Source: Octopus bimaculoides (taxonomy: Eukaryota). Taken from it: a DNA stretch of 64,000 bases. The translations under genes were made by a program, and so were the position numbers. The DNA lies in the NCBI RefSeq assembly GCF_001194135.2, contig NC_068989.1:27467511-27531510 (forward strand). Reading direction: 5' to 3'. Below the pieces are notes generated by a model. It was not told the DNA's origin, did no database searches, and was given only the letters and a program-made list of their open reading frames with translations. This document shows positions 24,871 to 38,258 of this stretch, one piece after another (the first letter of the stretch is position 1; every line of letters starts with the position of its first letter).

Positions 24871-27800
24871 AGAGAGAAAGAATAGCAAGCAAAATGTAAG
24901 AGGCAGCATTGAAGGAGCATAAATGAAAAAAATTATGTGCGACTTTTGTACGGAAATTACAGGGAAGATCGGAGGAAAAAGTTGATCGCTAAGAAAAATG
25001 CTACGAAGAACTTAAATTAAGCCTTACCCAAGAAACAAGCATCCTTATTCACTTCCTTGACATTAAAAATGTCGCAGATATCGCAGATATTTTGGGAACG
25101 TGATGTTACGTGACACACAAAGCAAATTGAGAGAATTTCTGGATTATTGTTGCGGAAAACAGATTAACTCCAGGTGAAGATTTCTGAAATAAAAGGCACA
25201 ATTAAGTAAGCCAGATTAATATGATTTAAAGTAGTCACTAAGACAAAGATCAATGTTCCTGTGTGTGTATCTGAGTGTGTGTCTGTGTGTGTATCTGTGT
25301 GTATATAAGTAAGAACATATGCACAATTGAAACATTAAACTATAAACGCCATTTTCATAAACGCCAACGTGTATACAACACAGAGAGGCCCGAGGCTGTA
25401 CATTTTACTCCAGTGGAAATCTCTTCATGGACTTGTTAAAATTATAATATAACTCGAAATGAGATGAACACAATTCCAGCAAACTACGCAAAAGCCAGAC
25501 GCTTTTCCCATTTCTTGGAACTTGTCAATAACGTGTATCCTGCAGTCATATATCGCAAGCAACAGATTTCGTCTATTATATGAACGCAGACTACACATCA
25601 TTGCTAAATCTTAAAGAAGGGCAAATAACTGCTGGTGTTCCTTCGGGCTGCTTCGTGTGTTTGTTCATCTCGCTCCAAAATATATTGTATTTTTATTATA
25701 TCGTTTCCAAGAAATAATTTACACTGAAACAAAGCGTCAGACTTATGCCTTTCAATGGTGTACATACATTAAGTATGATGTTGCACACACACACACATGC
25801 ATATATGTGTGTGCATGTGTGCGTGTTTCTGCATTATACGTCATATTAGGAATAAGAGCTTCATCGAAATTAGAATATTAACCAGTGTTGCAAATATATA
25901 TTTATTCAGTATTTCAATAACTTAAGTGCTTTCATTATCACTGGGATGTTACAGCTGCATCTGAATATTAAAAGGAAACGATTCATATTTAAAAAAACAT
26001 ATGTAGCGAATTCTCTTTATATTGCTTTTGAATACCTATTATACATCAATGATCTAATAAGTGTTTAAAAACAACTAATATTTGGCACATTAAAAAATAT
26101 AAATTTCATTTTTTTTATTTTTCTCTGTATGGGCCGTATTGATAGAACTACTTTCGGATAGTTTGATGTATCGTGACCTTATAATACCTGACTTATGAAC
26201 GTTTTTGTTGAGTTCAAATATAGAGCATTTATCAATCCATAAATCTATATCTCTATGGAATCTGGCAGTTCGTTAAGAGATGAAATATTCGTTTTACTTG
26301 TAATAATATTAAGTTATCCATTTAAAACAAACTTTTTATCTTCTAGTTTTTGTGAAGTATAAATCGTTACATTTTACGTTCTATTTATATTAATTACACA
26401 TATCAATGCAGTAGATGATATTTCATTTTTTCAGCCTTTATCACAGTTTTTTAGTATCTATGATATGTACTTTGCCCAAATTATCAAAACATCTTTCACA
26501 GATCCATGTATGCAATGGTTTATGTAAAAATGTTTTAGTATTCAAAGAATGAAGATTATAAGATGGGATTGTTGTATTGAAGTTCTGTTTTTATTTTTCT
26601 TTCTAAATAAATTATGTATATTTCTACTACAGTGCTTATTCATTTGTCTGTCTCTAAATAACATTTTATCAATAGAAAGTATAAAGTATGATATTTAACT
26701 GTAAATCTTGAGTAGAGAATATATATTCACAACTAACCATTGATATATAGTCTCGCAGAGAGCATTTTGGTCATTATGAAATGACGAACTTGATATGGAC
26801 TTATAGCATATGTAATTTAACCACTTTGTTAACTTGAGTAGCTATATATGATATTATAAAAGAATGGTCATAATTTTGTTGCCCGTATCTCTCCCGAACT
26901 GTTGTAATATTTTCTACTCATCTTTATTTTATCATATTATAACGTACGGTTAAGTTCTATACTAATTCTTGTAGGTATGAGTCAGTTATAAGATTTTGAA
27001 CGCCGTATTAAATTGAATAGCCTGGTATTTTATCTGCATCGCTTTCGACGAATCTACTTTCATCGTACATCGTTTAATTCCCTGCTAGCTACCTGCTAAA
27101 TAACCTGTACTATGACAATGGTTAATCTGCAATGTTCGTAATTGCTAAATGTATTTGATGACAATCTCAAAATCATAATTACTGAAGCCATACACTCATT
27201 ATCATGAAGTAACCTTTTCGGAGTGTTCGCGCCAATTCCATGTGTTCCTATTTAATGCTTTGCTTTTATATACCTCCTTTATTTTCATATTTTTGATGGA
27301 ATACCTTAACTCATTACGGTTAAGGTATTCTATTGCCGGAGTTCTGTTGTTTTGTCTCATTTCTATTTTCCATATAAAACATGAACACGCGTTATATAAA
27401 AATTATATTTTTATTGATAATTGTTTGGCAAATTTTAATATTGATATCTATTGAGTTATTCATCACCAGAATTTTAAAAATACGCTACTTCATATTTCAA
27501 CATGCATAAAAGAAATTTAATGATCAAACATGTTTAGCTTTTTCCCAATTGCAATTAGATATATGCCATCAATTTGTCCACAGTAAAGTTTGGAAGTTGT
27601 TTATGAATATCTTCTGGCTCTAATTTTGCTCAACATCACTTGGAAACATTGTCAAGCACTTTTTATATTTAACCTATCTTTCATCGGGAAAATTTCAATC
27701 AACCCAGTAAGTTCCATATCAATAGTGCTGGTAACGACGATACCAGGCATGCCGGAAAGAAATATTTAATCTTGTAGTTTGCTATCACCCCCAAGAAAAT

Positions 27801-28003
27801 CTTTTGAAATCATGTATCAAAAATTTGGTATGAAAGCTAGTATTGTATATTGTTGTGGCGGAAGCACTTAGGTGACAAGTGGGCTGGCTCACTACTAATA
27901 AATAGTGGACTGACTCAGTCAGTAAGGTCAATCGGCGAAAATATGCCATTCGGACCAGTCCCGCAGAGACAACGAAGTACGTCGTTATAATGGGACATAT
28001 GAG

Positions 28004-28016
28004 TGGCAACGAGGAT
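28004..28016 (+). promoter_or_regulatory. Primer-binding site, tRNA-Ser(GCU)-type
   Basis: TGGCAACGAGGAT is one mismatch from TGGCGACGAGGAT, the complement of the metazoan tRNA-Ser(GCU) 3' end (..ATCCTCGTCGCCA). It lies 6 nt after the LTR end. Confidence 0.7.
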
Positions 28017-28199
28017 TCGTGGCTCATGTAGTAAAAAATGATTTTGAAGAAAAAAATCGCAGTGAAAAATGTTAGAAATTCCGGAGTAGGATTTCAACTA
28101 ACACAGAAATACACAGTGAAAAATATATAAGTTTTGAAAACATCAAAGGGTTGATAAAACTGGAACTCTAACACAGAACTGAACTACGCACATTGAAAA

Positions 28200-28469
28200 A
28201 TAATATAGGTCCGTTTGAAGGATTTTATTCAGGTCGCTATGCGTTAGTAGCGCTACCAGTAATAATGTAAGACTTGGTACTACCTGCGGCATTTTGAAAC
28301 TAAAACTATGGTTTTGTGTGGAGCAAAAAAATAATAATAACCATAATATGTCCGTCCGAATGATTTATAAGTCAGGTCGCTATATGTAGTAGCGTTACCA
28401 GTAATAAAGTAAGACTTGGTCCTACCTGCGGTATTTTGAAAAAAGATACTTTTGTGTAGAACAAAAATG

Positions 28470-28480
<11 letters not shown>
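28200..28480 (+). repeat. ~143-bp tandem duplication in the LTR-element leader
   Basis: 28229-28299 (tcaggtcgctatgcgttagtagcgctaccagtaataatgtaagacttggt..) matches 28372-28441, and similarity extends on both sides. Confidence 0.9.
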
Positions 28481-28533
<53 letters not shown>

Positions 28534-29001
28534 TAATAATAATAATAATAATAATAATGATAATAATAAGTCCGGGCGAAGTATTTAATAATTCTATGCG
28601 GAACGAAAAATAACTCTGGTTAGAACTAAAAATTAAAAACAATTAACGATAGATTTAAAGCCAGTCACACCAGAAGGTTTCAAACGTAAGCAGATATCAT
28701 CTGTTGAAATTGAAAACGAACCAGTTGCTAAGAAAGTTAAAATGGACAAAGAAAACGATTGAGGATAGTAAACAAGTCCTCCTTGAAAAAACTTCAGATG
28801 AAATGTCGATGGAAATGACTAGTAAAGAACATGTAACAAATTCTGAAATTAGAGAATCTAAGCTATCTGTTTAAGGAAAAGGTCCTACTGAAAATGCGTC
28901 GCTGAGGAATCGTTTTAATGCAAAGGATAATAAGATAATGAAAGTTTACAGATAACCGATAGTTTCTGTTGAGAAAAGTGTAAGGAAAGGAAAAGTAGAA
29001 A

Positions 29002-29044
<43 letters not shown>

Positions 29045-29047
<3 letters not shown>

Positions 29048-29325
29048 TTATGAGAGGTAATGGTGCCAGTAAGACCCAAAGGTTTCAGGTAATATAACTG
29101 TCTATAGCTGAGTAAGTGCTATAGATAGCCCATAGTTAAACTCCACGTTCGGTGATTATGCGAATAAGGAGTCCAACGTAGGTCATATATCACCGTGTGT
29201 ATATATAAAGTTTCTTTTTTTCAGAATGAGATAAAAAACCAAGGCTGTGAAGATTTTAAAACATTTATAAATAGAAGGTCTTACAGCTCCAGGATATTTA
29301 TTATAGCCTTTCATCGGAGACGGTG
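29045..29325 (-). repeat. PLE terminal-repeat-like family, homologous to 54575-54810
   Basis: Shared minus-strand blocks gctgtaagac, gccttggttttt and tatagcacttac, plus a CCGATGA core remnant at 29317-29311. Confidence 0.55.
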
Positions 29326-29597
29326 TTAGTAGATGGTTAAGCAATAGTTAATTTAGATAAGATACGAGATAGAGAGTAAAGTGGGGGAATGAAAATAGAT
29401 GTGAGATATGCAGGGATATTGCATTTGTAGATCCATTATTTAAGCAGAATGGTATACATATAAGATTACATATAAGATTATATGTTGGAAAAATCTCAAA
29501 GGGGGAGGTGTTGTGGCGACGCCCTCAGGTGAGAAGTGGGCTGGTCCACTACTAATAAATAGTGGATTGACACACACAGTAAGGTCAATCGGTGAAG

Positions 29598-31431
29598 CTT
29601 TTCTTTCTGGTTGTGGCAGTGTTTTTGAAATCTTTACGATTCCGTTGAAGTAAGTGTGCTTTTGTTATAATTCTTAAAGGTCTCCCCTCGTGTGTGTACA
29701 AAGTTTTGTTCCATGTTGAAATTGCTGTTTTTGCTAACGAGTTTTTGTTGAATAGTGTTTCTTCTTCCCATTTATGGGAGAACCGGCGAAAAGAAGTATA
29801 AGGGAAACCGAGCATCAAATAGCCACAGTTATGTGGCTGCAACTGGCAGAGGCATAGAAGTAGAAGTTTTGGAAGTTTGAGATGTTAAAATTGAACCAAG
29901 AAAGCTGAAAGGAAGCAGCAAGCTTTTGGAAAATAAGACCACAACCTTAAATTAAAGCTCCCAGTTGACTTAACAAATGGATTTAAGAAAGGGGCAGTGA
30001 TATGCAAAACACTGAAAATATCGACAAGGAAAATTGAAATTGCTACGATAGAAGACATTGAGAAGTGTTTAAAAGAGGTCAAAAAGTCACCACGTTTATG
30101 ACAAGAGGAAGAAGATATGGCATAGTGGAGGTGCAATTCGCAAGCTAAGAAGAAACGATAAAGCGCTCCACTGATGCCATAAATACAAAAGAATAGGTGC
30201 TCCTACCAACATACTGTGACAAGCGAGTTCTCAGAGTAAAGGTGGGAAAATTGCCACCAGATTTGGATGAAACATGGCCCGTCACTGCAGTCATATAAAT
30301 ATGGAGGAGGATGCAAAGATCCTGAGAGTAGCAAGAACGAAAAGAGTCAACTGGTGGCGATACGGAATCGAGATGACAGTCCAAACAACTATGAGTGACA
30401 TGAATAAGATTCCAGAAGCAATAATATTACCCGAAGATATGAGATTGAGAGTGGCGAGAAAGGCCACATGATTGTGTGGCGAGAAAGGCCACATAAAGGC
30501 GAGGTGCCCCCCATAAAGAAGAGAAAGAGTAAAAATGGAACAGTAGGAGGAACAGGAGAAAGTGAACGATGTAATCCAGGAAGACGAAAAGGAGACAACA
30601 GGAATAGAGGAGGAATTTGAAGAGGTGAAAAAACGAAAAAGGAAAGAAAGAATGGGCTCTCCGCCAGAGAGACAGAAAAAGAGAAAAGGAAGCAGAAAGA
30701 GGTGGAGAAGGAAGTCGCGAAAGTGGTTGAAAAGGAGGTCGCCTAAGAGGTAGAAAAGGAGGTTGAGAAGAAGGTTATGGAGGAGAACGAGATAGAAGCA
30801 AGAATACTAGAGAACCTTTTTTGCACAGCAAAGAGAAGAAACAGCGATACTAACTAGAATGGAGGAGGTGGCGGCAAGAGTGGAACATGACAAACGAGCA
30901 ACACGACAAATAAAATATAGTTGGAATTTCGTGACATATACTAAACGCATATATACCGAAAGAGTGATGACCAAACTCAAATCCGTTATAAGGGTTAGGT
31001 TGCCCAAGGTGATGTACGGTGAAAACCTAAAAGTTATCTTAATCGATAAAGAATATATAAAAAGTTAAAGGAAAAGCTTTGAATTGAGCAGCCGGGTTTC
31101 AAGGTGGAGTTCGATGAACTGCCGCCAGTAGTAGAACGATATTAATAAAAGAGAGTAAAATGATTCAAAACAAAAAAGGAAAAAGAGTAAATAAAATGAT
31201 GCTAATAATGATAAAATAGGGCAAAAAGAAAAAGATTACGAACTGAAAGTAAGAACGTTCAAATGGTATTGCATGTGAGTGGGGCGCATGCAGCCATTTC
31301 ATCACCACCCATCTCATTGTATATTTTTCCATTTTTCTTTCGTTTTATGTTATTTGTCCCCACTGTGGTGTTATGTCTGTCCTTGTGCTGTCCCTTCTGT
31401 GTTACAGCCTGAGTGCTCTATAAAAGAGATA
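29598..31431 (+). mobile_element. Non-LTR retrocopy encoding only a decayed gag/ORF1-like protein (CCHC knuckle), 12-bp TSD
   Basis: TSD caatcggtgaag (29586-29597) / caatcggcgaag (31432-31443). Frameshifted ORF ~29895-31068: RKLKGSSKLLE..IEKCLKEV..TRGRRYGIVEVQF..LLPTYCDKRVLRVKVGKLPP..CGEKGHIKARCP (30475-30510), then a Lys/Glu-rich tract. T-rich 3' UTR ends in TATAAAAGAGATA. Confidence 0.8.
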
Positions 31432-32077
31432 CAATCGGCGAAGGTACCCCGTTCGGACCAGTCACTCAGAGACGACGAAATACGTCGTCATAATAGGACA
31501 TATGTAGATCAGGAAGAATTGAAATAAAATCAGGTACATAGTTGGTCAAGTCTCAACTTAGAGATTTCTCCAGCATAGATGAACAATCGACAGACCGGTC
31601 CGGGGTGATATATCTATCAACCCAGGCGAAATTTCATCTTAAAATGCAACGATCGCGAATAGAGAAATCTATAAATTCCAATGGTCTAATTATTCCGGCT
31701 CTGCATCTAAAACATGCTTCACGTTCTAGTGTTTTTGCATTTAGAAATATTCTAACATTAAAAGGTTATTATTAAAATTAGAATGATGAATAAATACAAT
31801 TTTGGTTTGTGCTGTATTTCATAGATTTTTTTCATCAGAAAATTTTCCATTCTCGGCAATACTTGTAACCATCAGAATGAATTGTATACTAATATAGTTT
31901 AATGCAAGCATAAATCTCTGTTACGATGATGATAAACATGAAATCGCTCGCGTTTTTATTATTTTAATATAAATGTATATGATTTTTTCTGTCGTTTCCC
32001 TTTTACTTCGGAGATGTATTTAACTACAACTGTTTCCTGGGATTAGAAGTACTTCACTCAGAGATAGCTGATAATGT

Positions 32078-32153
<76 letters not shown>

Positions 32154-32301
32154 ACGTACACATACATATATATATATATATACGTGTGTGTGTGTATGTG
32201 TATATATGTATTTGTGTATGTGTGATCTTTATACAATCATATTTGATTCATTTATATTCTCATATGAAGCTGCGTAATACATCACGCTATCCTCATATAA
32301 A

Positions 32302-32385
<84 letters not shown>

Positions 32386-34395
32386 CATATATATAGATAG
32401 ATAGATAGATAGATAGATATAGATATAGATATAGATATATATGAATTATAATTTTGCTGTGTACGAACATTCGTAGCAAAAAGGGTTTTACTGACAATAA
32501 ATTGCAATAAACGGTTGCACCATAATATTATTTACGGCAAACTAGCGTTCAAGCATTCAAATACAATCTGATGATTTTTATTGGTACATATTCATGTAAA
32601 CGATTTGAAGGTTTTTGCGGGCTTCATCTAATTGAATGATAGTGTAAACACCAGTATATTCGATACGCTTAGCAAGTATGTTTCTACATGTCTGCTTGAA
32701 TTGTGCACTCACTGTATAGTAACGTTATATTGGTAAAATGCCAGTGATCTGTTAGTAAATATACGATATTATACCTTGAGGTAGATAAAACACATGACTA
32801 AAGAGCATTAAAGGAATGTGTTTTTCGAATGTATTTTTCACATCAATGTTTTTCAAATGTCAACTATCCCTCTATCACGATACGGCTGTTTTCATTTTTG
32901 CACACAAAATTAGATTAAATCTTTTCAATGTTTGTACAAAAATGGAATACTGTGATTGTTCCGATATTTAAATTCAATATGTAATCAGTGTGTTAGGATA
33001 ACAATTGAGCGAATCAATAGTAATAGAATCTATCTGCAGAAGAGTAACCTGGGTGCTGCTCTGGAAGTAAATGTGTCACTTTAGACAGAATGGCGGCTTT
33101 CACATGTACACACCTATTTACCATTGTACAAATACAGCTAGACGTTTATAGGCAATATTTCCACTGTGAATTGAAGCAGTATTTTGTTAGTCTGTACCCT
33201 TGAGTTGAAATTTCGCTTGAATACAAAATAGCATTTTTTGAAAAATGGCGTTAACATGTAACACACTGTTTCAAATTAGCATCAGATTATCCCGAGCAGA
33301 ACAGATGTGTGTGACATGATGTTCTAGCTCCGAAACTTCTTTCACTTTTCATTTTTCATCCTTCCTCTCTTATGCAAAACAGTAATATGAGCGAAGGGGC
33401 AGTGATTCTTTGCTATTTCTAGCATATCAAGGGATCACATAGAAGCACGCCTTCTTGGTTTCAATTAATATGTTAAATGGTATAGAGCGGTAATAAATTT
33501 TAAAATCTTTAATTCCATGAATGTTTGTCAAATTCTTTTCACAGTATTGTAATTAATATTGTTCACACTCGGCTAGAGTGAAATATGTCTAGACACCAGC
33601 AGGCAATTAAAACCATTAGTATAACACTAATTCAAAATACTCATTATTCAATATGAAAACCTTCAGTTAAAAATGCAGAATTGCTGCATATCTTTGGAAA
33701 ATTATTTTCACTCATTGCAGATATTTCATGTTCGAAATGTATCCATTCATATTTTAATGGCTCTATTAATATTGTATTAACTGGGCAGATATATAAGGAA
33801 TGAACTCCCTTAAAGAAATTTGAAATCTAGACCTGTAAACAAATTCTATATTCCCTTCGGGAGAATAAGTATGAGAAGTAGATTTATAAGAACAAGAGAA
33901 TGGTTCTCAAGTAAAATTTCTGAGCATAAATTTTCAGATTTTTACCCAACTATCCGTTAAATCGGCGATCCGTAAAGGATCTAAAGTTTTCATATGGGTT
34001 GAGATACCAAACAACAAAATAAAAATAAGGTCAAGAGATTTTGATTGTTTTAAAAGTGAAGTTCAACGTCATTGTTGCTATGTCTATTACATTGAAGCGA
34101 GAGCTAAATCTTAAGGCGTTTAGGACCTAGTCAGATATATGACCATGTCCAGAAAATATTCTGCTAGCAGAATACACAAGTATACAAAGAACACATGTTT
34201 AGACGAGAAATATGCAGAAATTAACGAATAAACATATGCGAATGAAACACCTTTACGATGTGTATTATGAGCTTGCGCGTATATGCACACACATACATAC
34301 ATACATATATATACATACATCTCTCTCTCTTTCTCTCTCTCTTCCTCTCTCTCTCTTTCGCTCTCTCTCTCTCTCTCTCTCTCTCNNNNNNNNNN

Positions 34396-34433
<38 letters not shown>

Positions 34434-34874
34434 ATTTCCTCCATATCCTCATGTCGTGTCTATTATTTCACTAATTTTATTCTAAGCGTTATTTTTCTTG
34501 TTCCATGTTTTATAGTAAAAGTTTTCAATGCCTGTGGATAAAATTTTCACTATCCTGATTCGTCAACTACTTTATTGATCACGGATGGAGGAAGGATAAA
34601 AACAAATGTAAAGTAAAAAGCCAAAAAAAATAAGCATATGTAATAAAAAAAAAATTAAACGCATCGTTGTTAACACAAGGCAGTAAATTACAAAAATACG
34701 TCTTTAAAATGCCAGACAGAAGATAGGTAAAATAAAATCGTGCAATCTATAGTAAGTCTCTTTACTAACTAGGTCACATTAAAAAAGTAGTGGATATTCA
34801 ATTTGAATGCTTAATGCCAGTTTTATTTTAGGCTTCAGAAAGATTATTTAAAAATATTCTGTCTGTTCATGCTT

Positions 34875-36057
34875 TAGAACCATAAAGTGTGTGATATGCT
34901 TTTGCGGCTGTATGGAACAGATGATAGATCGTTGAGAGCTGTACAGATTTTATAAAGTAGGGCGTGCGTTAGGGTGGGTGGTGAAGTAAGTGAGTGGTTT
35001 CATGTGAAGATGGGGTTAAGACAGGGTCGTGTGATGTCTCCGTGGCTGTTTAATTTATATGTGGATGGTGTGGTGAGAGAGGTAAATGCTTTTGGTAGGG
35101 GAGCTCAAATGGTGGGAGAAAATGGAGAGAAATGGCCAGTGAGTCAGTTGTTGCATGCTAATGATACAGCACTGATGGCGGATTCGGAAGAGCAACTGAG
35201 GAGACTGGTTGTAGAGTTTGGAAGAGTGTGAGAGAGGAGAAAACTGAAAGTGATTGTAGCTAGAGTAGGGTGATGGGATGTTCGAGAGATGAATATGAGT
35301 ATAAATAGTGTGATGCTAGAAGAGGTGAGTGTTTTTAAGTATCTGAGATCACATGCGACGGCGGATGGGGTTTGGCTGAGGGAGGGGAGTAAGATACTTG
35401 GAGTTGTGAAAGGTATACAGAGATAAAAGGTTGAGTATGAAAGCGAAAAGAGTTGTGTATGTGGGCATGATTATGCCGACAGTATTATATGGTGCAGAGA
35501 CGTGGGGGCTGAGAGAGGTGGATAGGAGGCGACTAGATGTATTTGAGATGAGATGTATGAGGGATATGGTTGATGTGACGGATGGACAGAATGAGGAATG
35601 AGGAGGTGCGAAGGCGAACAGGAATGGAGAGGATGGATGAGGAGCGGATGGTAAGAAGGCCGAAGTGGTAGGCAACAGGACCAGCGTCAGACCTTAGTTT
35701 GTGTGAATGGATGGATGGATGGATGGATGGAGTGAAGAAAGCTTTGGGGGTTACAGGTGTTGGTGTGAGAGAGGCAAGTGAGTTTATAAATGATAGGGAA
35801 GCTTGGACAGTGTTTGTAGACGGATGAGTGAATTTAATATTGCTCAAAGGGGTACAGAACCAGCATGATGTGGCGCGGGTAAACCAGCACATGCTGTCGG
35901 GCCCCGCTATTGATATTGGGGGTTGCGTTCTATGCCTTGACCTGAACATAGAACAGGGCTCGTCTCTTTGAGCAGGGAAAGGAATGGAATCCCTGAAATG
36001 TGTCTTGTGGTTATCTGCTCCTAAAAAATGGGGAAGAGGCCTGGGTATATTAAAAAA
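34875..36057 (+). mobile_element. RTE-clade LINE, 5'-truncated RT and 3' end
   Basis: GEVSEWFHVKMGLRQGRVMSPWLFNLYVDGVVREV..QLLHANDTALMAD (decayed YADD)..RKLKV. Further on: IMPTVLYGAETW, EMRCMR and RWMDGVKKALG. The 3' UTR ends in an A-run at ~36057. Confidence 0.88.
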
Positions 36058-38258
36058 TTATATCTATACATATGTATGTATATTTATAAGTATATACATA
36101 TTGTATGAGTATATATACATACATACCTTCAAAAAACCTATATATCTTGAAGGAAGGTAGAAGATTAAAATATAGTCACATTGAACTATATCATGAAGAA
36201 ATCAAATTAGACGTCATTGTTTAAATCAAGTAAACAAAAATTCATACTCAATACGTCTCTTTTGTATTAGGAGTTTATCGATTCTTGTCGTATCATAAAG
36301 CATTAATGTAAACAAAAATGCTATAATTCACACATTTATTAGTTACGAATGAACCTGTTGGTGACCATTTCAACTGCTAAAAGCAATTGTTAGATCGCTT
36401 TCACATAATATCTCATTGTATTGAAAATGCGGGTGAGAAATTTACTAATGTAATTTCACGATGCAATGTCCAAGAGAAGCACTTAGCAACTGAGCTACAC
36501 ATTAAATATCTCTTGATGATCTTATTTGAAAATTTGAAGTGTGTCTCTTTAGCTTTCATATTTGTAAATTAATTTAACTACCAGTTATACAATTTGACTT
36601 TAATTAACTTTTTTAATTATGTTGTATTATCTATGCATTGAACAGAATGCATTTATAATTACTCTTGCAACATCGTATAAAAAGGAATCGCATAACATGT
36701 TTGTGCTGACCGCTTTGAAGAATTTATATAAAAGACTGTCGTCTCTATAATGATTTCCGCGGACTGTGATAGACTGACTTTACTTTTTGCTTCATGTCAG
36801 TCATAATCAATTAGACGTATGCACAAATATGCTCCAACTAGGCCCATTATTTTTACTTTCAGACATAACCTAATGTAGCCTTGTGCAGAGAAAAAGTTAA
36901 TTTTTTTCTTCACGGTGCTTATCTCTTCGAAGTACATACCTAAAACTATAGCAGATCCACGAGTTCCTTCCTACCTGTCTCATCCTCGGCTATCTGTTCC
37001 CCCTCCCCCACTGATCGACGAAACAGACGTTTTAATAAAAGCGAGCTATCCATGACTATTTCTTGTTTTGTAGTGAGATATATTCCTTCGCTTATAGCAT
37101 CCGATATGTATCACCTTTTTAAGATGCTGGGCGGTTAATTAAAAAAAAAGATTTGACCATTCTCTTGCAGGTCGCCTGGCCTCCATAGAGGTTTTCTCCT
37201 AAGTTCAAACGTGAGAAAGTTGTCCCTTCTTATCCAGTTTCGACTGATGGATTCCTCATTTATTAGTTACTTGATTTCCGTTTCAAAAAACCACTTCAGA
37301 TAATTTGCAGTGTGATGCCTTGCAACAAATAGAAGCTGTCAATTCTTCCTTTTCCTTTTCTATTTCAATATTTCTTGACTTTATTTCAGGATTAGGAATA
37401 AAATACAACATAATCAAGTATTAACTTTGTAACGAATGTATTATAATTGAAAATTTGATCTTCATCTTGCTGCTAATTATTTTTGATTGTTGATTTTTCT
37501 GTTACTTTTAATGTTGCAATAAACTACTAAACGCCAGATATCCATAATTATTCTTCAAATAAAATAACCTCACAGTACCCGGTGAGCTCGCTTGACAAAA
37601 ACATGTAAACAACAGTGCATCCTCTGAATAGGTCTGGTTTCTCATACAGTCAGAACAACAGCATCCATTAGTTTTCAATAACGTCTGGCACTCACTCTCT
37701 TTATAGGAATGTAATAGGCGATTGTAGACCAAAAGATATACAGTGTGAGATGATTGAATGTTTTTAAATCTATAGTCATTTTCCAGCTATTTAGTTGTTT
37801 TTATATTGCGTATGATTACCTAAATAGGACATTTTAAATAGTATTTCTTTCGTAGTAGTCTATTAATTACTTTTTCCTTAGATTACCACAGATATCTTTC
37901 TATAGTATAATATCCGTTTGATGATACTAGTATTTACCTTCAGATCAGTTTTGATTGAGCAGATTTATGATGAGACAATATTTAATAGTATTCATTTCAT
38001 TTCTTTCAAATACTCTGTGCATTATCTTATGTTTTGGATATCCCAAAACTTATACTCCCTATTTCAAGGAGATTTGAATACTTATTTTAGCAATGAGGGT
38101 GTTCAGAGACAGCCAGTCATGCTGGTATAACATTTTCGTTTTGAAATCATTATCAAACTTCTTCATTTCTCATATAAAGTAGGAATTTGTCCATCTAGAA
38201 GAGGTATGTATAATTTCTAGATAGGAGTAGGTGCCAGTCATGGTTTGATTACGATGTT

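Larger units (their letters stand above)
27851..31500 (+). mobile_element. Non-autonomous LTR retroelement (~147-bp LTRs, PBS, PPT, no pol) with a nested insertion in the 3' LTR
   Basis: 5' LTR at 27851-27997 (TGT..ACA). 3' LTR is 29509-29597 plus 31444-31500 (146 bp), about 84% identical by eye. PBS at 28004-28016; PPT aaagggggagg at 29498-29508. Flanks TATAT/TATGT are a possible 5-bp TSD. Confidence 0.85.

Noticed and set aside
24000-25200. Exon-like segments ending in caggtaac (~24237) and caggtgaa (~25170); also ~33040-33070 and ~49115
   Set aside because: No consistent frame or recognisable protein, and such donors are frequent by chance.
28200-28480. Repeat-spacer pattern considered as CRISPR-like
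   Set aside because: Only two ~143-bp tandem units in eukaryotic DNA, with no unique spacers and no cas genes.
37508-37732. Cys-rich ORF (GCCCSDC..TCFC)
   Set aside because: No recognisable domain spacing and no convincing splice pair.
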